Shown: positions 27,550 to 33,339 of the stretch, piece after piece
How the letters are laid out: every line of letters starts with the position of its first letter
Numbering within the stretch: position 1 is the first letter of the stretch
DNA from: Bacteriovoracaceae bacterium
Lineage (GTDB): Bacteria; Bdellovibrionota; Bacteriovoracia; Bacteriovoracales; Bacteriovoracaceae
Length of the DNA: 33,339 bases
Assembly (NCBI GenBank): GCA_947442115.1
Contig: CANEVK010000001.1
Coordinates: 1-33,339, forward strand
Reading direction: 5' to 3'
The notes under the pieces: generated by a model
What the model saw: only the letters and a program-made list of their open reading frames with translations
Told to the model about the DNA's origin: nothing
Databases searched by the model: none
Translations under genes and position numbers: made by a program

Positions 27550-28109
27550 TAGTCTAACTCCAGAAGCTCAACTCCCTTATTGGGAATAGTGTATTCTGAA
27601 TTAAAGGCTTTTGCGTGTTCTATATATATTGCTAACTGATGAGGTCTAGAGCGACAAACATGGTATCCAAGATTTTGAGCCTTTATGTAGGCATCTTCTT
27701 TTTTTATCCATAATTTAAATTTCTTTTCACACTCACTGAGTCCAAATTGTGAACAACGAGTTTCTTCTAAAAAATCAGATCTTAATTTTATAATCGCCGC
27801 ACTGATTGAATTGAACAAGAAAATAGATTTTTGTAAATGAACAAAAGGAAAAGTGGAATTTCTTTTTAAAATATCTTGAGTCGGGTCTATCCAGTCTTCA
27901 CTGCTCATACATTTCATGACCAATCTCGCGGAAAAAGTGAGTGGTTCCGGTGCGAAAAGGTGCCATCTTTGTTCAAAAATGGGCTCTACATATTTTGAGA
28001 CCCATGGATTGGTTAATTTTTTTAAATGACCATCTGGTAACATGTAAATTGATATACAGAGAAAATGAAAAATAAAAATAATGATTAAATAATTTTGTCT
28101 GGTCTTCAA
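27549..28109 (-). CDS. DUF5819-like (SdpA/YitP-like) partner of the HTTM protein
   Basis: One N-terminal TM helix ending HF..I.IY.LP, then W...Y..P.FEQ.W.LFAP.P. TAATG coupling to the HTTM gene. The TTG start has no clear SD. Confidence 0.72.
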   Translation of the reverse strand: MKTRQNYLIIIFIFHFLCISIYMLPDGHLKKLTNPWVSKYVEPIFEQRWHLFAPEPLTFSARLVMKCMSSEDWIDPTQDILKRNSTFPFVHLQKSIFLFNSISAAIIKLRSDFLEETRCSQFGLSECEKKFKLWIKKEDAYIKAQNLGYHVCRSRPHQLAIYIEHAKAFNSEYTIPNKGVELLELD

Positions 28110-28124
28110 GTTGTCAGTTTTTGA

Positions 28125-28155
28125 ATAAATTCCCCACGAGGAGTGGGGAATTTAT
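28125..28155 (-). terminator. Stem-loop downstream of the 72-aa gene
   Basis: Perfect 13-bp inverted repeat ATAAATTCCCCAC-N5-GTGGGGAATTTAT, 2 nt after the stop at 28158. Confidence 0.7.
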
Positions 28156-28157
28156 AA

Positions 28158-28376
28158 TTAGTTCAAATGTGTCTGATGAATATAAAGACGAAAAATTTTA
28201 TCTTTAGTTCGGCGGATGGAGAAATTTCCACTTTCTTTTTGTTCAACCAGGAATTGGTAATACTCAGGACGTGTATCAGCTATTTCTAAAACTGATTTTC
28301 CTTCAAACTCACCAAAATCAATCACAACGCGATCTTCTTCAATAATACCTGTTAGTGGACTTTGCTCCTGGGCCAT
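28158..28376 (-). CDS. Small hypothetical protein with an FG(K/E)xxG module (DUF3820/exonuclease-C-terminal-like)
   Basis: ATG 28376 follows GGAGGG; IDFGEFEGKSVLEIAD..PEYY.FL resembles the FGKYKG..V.E....Y..W repeat. Confidence 0.65.
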   Translation of the reverse strand: MAQEQSPLTGIIEEDRVVIDFGEFEGKSVLEIADTRPEYYQFLVEQKESGNFSIRRTKDKIFRLYIHQTHLN

Positions 28377-28457
28377 GATTCCCTCCTTGGAATACTTGGA
28401 CAAGTTTTAAATGTCTTATACTTTTATTTTGATGGATTTCGAAACACTTTGAAAAGC

Positions 28458-29474
28458 TTAGTTTTTAAAAAATTGTCTGAGAAATGAAATGAGTGCTTTA
28501 AATTCTTGAGGGTAATCATCAGCCATCATCTTCTTGATCACTTCAAGTGATTGATAGAGTGAAAGGCTCCGTCTGTAGGGGCGTTCATGAGTCATCGCCA
28601 CGATAATATCAAACACTGCTACTAAGGTACTCTCGAGTCCGAGAATCATATCCGGATCGGAGAGTGAATGACTCTCACCAGAGATGATCGCCTTCATTTT
28701 ATCATTCAGAAAATGATGATGCTTGATAAGGTTAAGATAATTTTTTGCAAGTGGTATTCTGCCCTCTAAGAGATCAAAAGAAAAATCAGAGTGGTTAGCA
28801 AAAAGATCTCTATCATTTTCAGGCAAATTTTTCAGTTCATACTTATGATGGGGAATCATCGAGAGCCCAATATCTTTAAAGTAGCTTGTCAGAAAAAGAT
28901 TTTGAATTTCTTTATCATGGAATAAGTGAGTCGCTTGGAGAAATGAGAGGAGTAAAACTGAAGAAAGCAACGGTTGAGTGAGGGTGTAATGAAAATTCTC
29001 TTGATTGATGTTGCTATAAAATTGGGACTGATGCTTCTTCTGATCGATTAAAAATTTACCCAGATTTTGAGAGCTTTGAAATTGCAGCATTAAAAGTTTG
29101 TCATTATGGGGATTTTGATAAAGGTTATTTAAATTAAGCGTTAGAAGCTTCATCCCCTTCGTTCCATTTTCAATAGGATCTCCTATGGAAAGGGAACGAG
29201 TGATTTTAATCAGAGCATTTTCTAAGTTTTCTTTAATCTCTTCCTCATCAGTTCCATAGACAAAAACTTCACGATAGGAGCTCTTAATGAGTTGAGTGAT
29301 TTGATCTTTTGTTGGAATTGATCCTTGTTCTATAACCGGCATGAAGATGCCATCATGAAAGATATAAACCGGATGACTGAGTTTTCTCGCCAGATGCAAT
29401 TCACCCACCATAATGGGTTTTAACTTTAATTGAAGTCGATGATGATAGTTGTAGGAATTAATATTTAGAGGCAT
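28458..29474 (-). CDS. Degenerate HD/HD-GYP-like domain protein
   Basis: YFKDIGL (HD replaced by KD), IKHHH and DII.AMTHERPYR; no GYP motif. Confidence 0.75.
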   Translation of the reverse strand: MPLNINSYNYHHRLQLKLKPIMVGELHLARKLSHPVYIFHDGIFMPVIEQGSIPTKDQITQLIKSSYREVFVYGTDEEEIKENLENALIKITRSLSIGDPIENGTKGMKLLTLNLNNLYQNPHNDKLLMLQFQSSQNLGKFLIDQKKHQSQFYSNINQENFHYTLTQPLLSSVLLLSFLQATHLFHDKEIQNLFLTSYFKDIGLSMIPHHKYELKNLPENDRDLFANHSDFSFDLLEGRIPLAKNYLNLIKHHHFLNDKMKAIISGESHSLSDPDMILGLESTLVAVFDIIVAMTHERPYRRSLSLYQSLEVIKKMMADDYPQEFKALISFLRQFFKN

Positions 29475-29531
29475 TGGCCTGACTCCATTAAATGAATTGT
29501 ATCATCAAATGGGGCCAGGAAATTTAAAAAA

Positions 29532-30485
29532 TTAGTGCTGTTTTATGATTTGGGCCAGAAATTCAGTGAAAGAGTGGCCATTGGCCTCCATCATTTTTGG
29601 AAACATAGAGATGGGTGTGAGTCCGGGAAACGTATTGATCTCATTTAAGTAAATGTTTTCATTATCTAAAAAGAAGTCAATTCTTGAAAGATGTCGAATC
29701 TTCAGCCCATGATAAAGCTTAGTCGCATAGTCAGTCATCGTCTTGACCTGCTCTGGTGTCAGATAGGTTGCCCGTGTCTCAGTGGTTGTTTGACTGACCT
29801 GTGAGTATTTCTCCTCGTAGGAATAAAATTTAGATGGGCAAATAATTTCTCCAGGGTAAGAGAGTAGGAGTTGGCCGTTAAACTCATAAACCGAAATTTC
29901 TAATTCCCTTGGATGCAGTCTTTTTTCAATAAGAACATACGGAGAATAAAGAAAAGCCTTTTTAATTGTTTCAATCGGATCATGATCTTTTTGGACAAGA
30001 TAACAACCCACAGAGGAGCCTTGGTTAGAGGCTTTAACCACAACATCTCCGTGTTTTTGGCAAAAATCTTTAGCGCTTTGAAGATTTTTATCGGATAGAT
30101 CAGAGATAAAAATATAAGGAGTGTTGGCAACGCCTAGAGCAGTCGCCCAGAGCTTGGTGGTGATTTTATTAAAACACATCTTACTCGTTTCAGCATTACA
30201 TCCAAGATAGGGGAGTCCTTGCATTTCAAAGTAGGATTGAATATCCCCAGTTTCTCCTGGGTATCCATGGATGCACGGAATAGCAAAATCAAACTTTTTT
30301 GGTTCTAGTGTGAAAGCTTTTCCTTTCTCATCCAACCATTCACCGCTCTTTGAAATTTCAACGGTCGTAAGATTAATAAAAGGAAGCTTACTTAAGCAGT
30401 CTTTAATATGTTTCACAGAGACTAAAGACACATCATGCTCTGTACTTCCTCCACCGCAGAGAAGAAGAATATTTTTTGTTTTCAT
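29532..30485 (-). CDS. ddl: D-alanine--D-alanine ligase
   Basis: GGGSTEHDVSLVS, IHGYPGETG.IQ, K..NQGSSVG, FYSYEEKYS, RIDFF and NEINTFPG.T..SMFP. Confidence 0.96.
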   Translation of the reverse strand: MKTKNILLLCGGGSTEHDVSLVSVKHIKDCLSKLPFINLTTVEISKSGEWLDEKGKAFTLEPKKFDFAIPCIHGYPGETGDIQSYFEMQGLPYLGCNAETSKMCFNKITTKLWATALGVANTPYIFISDLSDKNLQSAKDFCQKHGDVVVKASNQGSSVGCYLVQKDHDPIETIKKAFLYSPYVLIEKRLHPRELEISVYEFNGQLLLSYPGEIICPSKFYSYEEKYSQVSQTTTETRATYLTPEQVKTMTDYATKLYHGLKIRHLSRIDFFLDNENIYLNEINTFPGLTPISMFPKMMEANGHSFTEFLAQIIKQH

Positions 30486-32243
30486 CTAAACCTCTCTCAA
30501 GGCAGCAGGAACTTTTTCAAGATCTAGGGTTTGAAAGATCTCAAAGAGTTGGGTTTGTGGCATGACCTCAGACTTCATCTCACCATATTTTCTGACGGCC
30601 ACTGAGCCCGCCTGAATTTCTTGATCACCTAAAACCAGCATGAAAGGAATTTTACCAGTTTGTGCCTGGCGAGTTTTAAGGCCCATGGATTCATTACGAT
30701 CATCAACTCGTACTCTGAAACCTTTTAATTTTAATTCTTTCTCAAGTTTTTGGGCGGCTTCAAGGTGAAGCTCATTTTTAATAGGTATAATCACAGCTTG
30801 CTCTGGAGATATCCAGAAAGGAAAGGCTCCGGCCACGTGCTCGATATAAACACCAATAAATCTCTCGAGAGATCCTAGAAGAGCGCGGTGAATGACCACT
30901 GGTCTCTCCATCTCTCCATTTTGATTTGTAAACTTAAGATCAAAGCGATCTGGTAATTGGAAATCAAGTTGGATTGTTCCAAGTTGATGATAACGACCTA
31001 AAGCATCCGAAACTTGAATATCAATTTTAGGCCCATAGAAGGCACCATCACCTTCGTTAACAACATATTCTTTTCCAGAGGCATCAAGGGCGGCTTTGAG
31101 CGCAGCTTCGGCCCTGTCCCAAGTATCATCGCTTCCGACTCTCATTTCAGGGCGAGTAGAAAGTCCAATTTTAATTTTCTTGAAACCAAAATGCTCATAG
31201 CCAGTAAAAAACATTTGCATGAGAGTTTTAATTTCATCTTGAATACCATCAAATTGAATGAAGATGTGGGCATCATCCTGACAGAAGGTTCTCACTCGAG
31301 TTAATCCGGCCACCACTCCAGATTTTTCATGACGGTGAATTCTTCCAAAATCAGCAAAACGTAAAGGAAGATCTCTATACGAATAGCGGTGGTGAGAAAA
31401 CATGAGCATGTGACAAGGACAGTTCATAGGCTTTAGAGCAAACTCCCTCTCATCAATCTGAGTGAAATACATATTTTCTTTGTATTTTTCATAGTGTCCG
31501 GAGGTATGCCATAAATCAGCATCTAGGACCTGCGGAGTAATGACTTCTTGGTAGTCATATTTTTTATAAATGCGTCTCATAAAATCGACCAGACCATTAT
31601 AAATAAGGGCCCCTTTAGGCATGAAGAACGGGGAGGCCGGAGCTACGGGATCAAAGATAAACAGTTCTAGCTCTTTACCGAGCTTACGGTGATCTCTTTT
31701 CTTGGCCTCTTCAAGTTGAGTCAAATGTTCTCTGAGCTCTTCTTTTGAATCAAAACAGGCGGCATAAATTCTTTGGAGCATTGGACGTGTTTGATCCCCT
31801 CGCCAGTAAGCGCCAGCTGTATGGAGAAGCTTGAACCAAAAAGTGAGTTCGGATGTTTTTTCAACATGAGGCCCAGTACATAAATCAAAAAAAGCATCTC
31901 CTTGAGTATAATAACTAATGACTTCTCCCTCAGGGATATCCCGAATGAGTTCACATTTTAAAGTTTGACCTTTTTCAGAAAAAATTTTCAAAGCCTCGGC
32001 ACGTGAAACTTCATGACGAACAACCGGAAGATTGCGTTTAATAATTTCTTTCATCTTCTCCTCAATTTGCTTGAGGTGTTCTTCAGAAAGCTTTGTTGCC
32101 ATTTCAATATCGTAATAGAATCCGTTCTCGATCGTTGGTCCAATACCGAGTTGGACGGAGTCTTTTGGAAAAAGTTCCATTATTGCCTGGGCCATAAGGT
32201 GGGCAGTGGAGTGTCTGAGCGTATCTAATTCGTACTTGGCCAT
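30486..32243 (-). CDS. thrS: Threonine--tRNA ligase (no N-terminal TGS domain)
   Basis: RHSTAH, GFYYD, DLC.GPH, GAYWRGD, KRDHRKLG, KPMNCP, RVR.F.QDDAH, GAFYGPKID and HRALLGSLERF. Confidence 0.98.
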   Translation of the reverse strand: MAKYELDTLRHSTAHLMAQAIMELFPKDSVQLGIGPTIENGFYYDIEMATKLSEEHLKQIEEKMKEIIKRNLPVVRHEVSRAEALKIFSEKGQTLKCELIRDIPEGEVISYYTQGDAFFDLCTGPHVEKTSELTFWFKLLHTAGAYWRGDQTRPMLQRIYAACFDSKEELREHLTQLEEAKKRDHRKLGKELELFIFDPVAPASPFFMPKGALIYNGLVDFMRRIYKKYDYQEVITPQVLDADLWHTSGHYEKYKENMYFTQIDEREFALKPMNCPCHMLMFSHHRYSYRDLPLRFADFGRIHRHEKSGVVAGLTRVRTFCQDDAHIFIQFDGIQDEIKTLMQMFFTGYEHFGFKKIKIGLSTRPEMRVGSDDTWDRAEAALKAALDASGKEYVVNEGDGAFYGPKIDIQVSDALGRYHQLGTIQLDFQLPDRFDLKFTNQNGEMERPVVIHRALLGSLERFIGVYIEHVAGAFPFWISPEQAVIIPIKNELHLEAAQKLEKELKLKGFRVRVDDRNESMGLKTRQAQTGKIPFMLVLGDQEIQAGSVAVRKYGEMKSEVMPQTQLFEIFQTLDLEKVPAALREV

Positions 32244-32575
32244 GGGTCTCCTTCAAAAGAGCATAAATTACAAATGAAATAGGTTTCTACTTTATCAATG
32301 AGGTCCCGTTTAATCAATGAGTTAGAATGAAACTTCACCTCTTAAAAGACCTGTAAGAATTAAGACAATGAGAATCTTACTTTTGGATAAAGATTGCAGG
32401 GTCAAAAGGCCACCAGACAGAAAGTCTTACATGTTTTAATTCATTGATATAACTCATGTTTTAGTTAATACTGGAGCAAAGTTTACAAGAATCTTGCTTT
32501 TTCGGGCTTAATGGGGTTTAAGTAGCCCACTATGAAACTGTAAGAATGATTTCTTACTTCGTTTAGGAGGCCCTT

Positions 32576-33339
32576 ATGGACACCATTCAAACCCCATCAG
32601 TCGAAACATTGATGAGCCGAGCTGTGGTGGATCTTGCAAAAGATGATAAATTTCTCTCTCACTTGCCTAGCGATTCGGCACGAATTGAAGGTCAAGGGCA
32701 CTACCGTCTGGCAAAAGTTTATTATGACAAAGCAGATTTTGAAAAAGCCGAGGAGTTTTTCCTACTCTCTCTAAAAACAACTGAGCTTCCCCAAGATGCC
32801 TTTGCCATGTTTAAAATTTACGGCTTTCTTATCAGAATTTATTCTGAAAGCTTAAATGAGAAAGAGGCTAACAAATATATTTCTTTATCATCAGAACTCT
32901 TAGATCAAATTGTTTCTATGTTACCTTCTCTCACGGCCGAATATTTTTACAATGCTGCCGTGGTTAATACTTATAGAGGTGATTTTAACGAGGCCAATAA
33001 GAATTTTCACCAGGCCTACAGAAAAGCTCAGACTGAAAATGAACCTGAGCTGATGGCCAAGTCGCTTTATGCGATGGCAACAAATGCCTTTCAAATGAGA
33101 AATTATCAAGACACCATTGCTCATCTGGGTCAACTCAATGAGCTCTTAAATATTCTTAAAAAAGGATATCTCAAGGGAAGTATGCACCTTTTATGGGCCA
33201 ATGCCCTTAGAGAGTTAGGACAATTTACAGAAGCGCTTCCACATTATGATCTGGCCATGAAGCTGCTCCATTCAAAACGTTGCTGGAATATGCATAATTA
33301 CGTTTTATTGAATAAGGGTGTTGCTCTTAAGAAAATGGG
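32576..33339 (+). CDS. TPR-repeat protein (3' truncated by window edge; missing from the ORF track)
   Basis: AGGAGG then ATG 32576, with the frame open to the end: MDTIQTPSVETLMSRAVVDLAK...HYRLAKVYYDKADFEKAEEFF...YFYNAAVVNTYRGDFNEANKNFHQAY...WANALRELGQFTEALPHYDLA (TPR-like helices). Confidence 0.85.
   Translation, partial: MDTIQTPSVETLMSRAVVDLAKDDKFLSHLPSDSARIEGQGHYRLAKVYYDKADFEKAEEFFLLSLKTTELPQDAFAMFKIYGFLIRIYSESLNEKEANKYISLSSELLDQIVSMLPSLTAEYFYNAAVVNTYRGDFNEANKNFHQAYRKAQTENEPELMAKSLYAMATNAFQMRNYQDTIAHLGQLNELLNILKKGYLKGSMHLLWANALRELGQFTEALPHYDLAMKLLHSKRCWNMHNYVLLNKGVALKKM

Noticed and set aside
25389-28155. The two hairpins flanking the GNAT/HTTM/DUF5819 block read as integron attC sites or transposon ends
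   Set aside because: They share only a CCCCA/TGGGG core, lack clear RYYYAAC/GTTRRRY ends and target duplications, and no integrase or transposase is in the window. Their positions right after stop codons fit terminators.
32244-32575. T-box or other known riboswitch, tRNA or CRISPR array in the largest intergenic gap
   Set aside because: No T-box consensus, cloverleaf or regularly spaced repeats were visible by eye; an Rfam/Infernal scan would be decisive.
259-33133. Numerous 60-140 aa antisense or out-of-frame ORFs (e.g. 883-1302, 5833-6066, 10727-10999, 16476-16820, 21968-22291, 31014-31304, 32921-33133)
   Set aside because: They lie on top of well-supported genes and have no motifs or SD; treated as shadow ORFs.

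Overview
Gene-dense, AT-rich bacterial chromosome segment. The short 277-aa flagellin, AgmX/PglI-type lipoprotein, degenerate HD-GYP protein, TPR protein and secreted protease suggest a predatory Bdellovibrionota (Bacteriovorax-like) genome; this assignment is inference. In order: the uvrB 3' end, a secreted hypothetical protein, a metallophosphoesterase, a pseudo-receiver, and a sigma28-driven flagellin with CsrA-type GGA hairpins. Next is a scattered aromatic amino-acid/phenylacetyl-CoA catabolic neighbourhood (paaF, paaG, a lone PaaA/BoxB-like diiron epoxidase, split paaH, paaJ-like thiolase, aldehyde dehydrogenase, hppD, fused indolepyruvate:ferredoxin oxidoreductase, Nudix-MBL fusion). 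It is interrupted by an M4/M36 protease, a pstSCABB operon, a TSUP exporter and a NYN protein. Then comes an accessory block: a sigma54-type promoter, a 69-aa Gly-rich secreted peptide and a GNAT, converging on a DUF5819-like gene and an HTTM/SdpB-like membrane protein fused to a serine beta-lactamase-like domain. The window ends with an HD-domain protein, ddl, thrS and a truncated TPR gene. The best candidates for novelty are (1) the peptide/GNAT/DUF5819/HTTM-S12 locus, (2) a minimal Paa pathway possibly fed with substrate and electrons by the IOR enzyme, and (3) an asymmetric PstB pair. No rRNA, tRNA, CRISPR or transposase was seen. All family calls come from motif recognition, not database searches.
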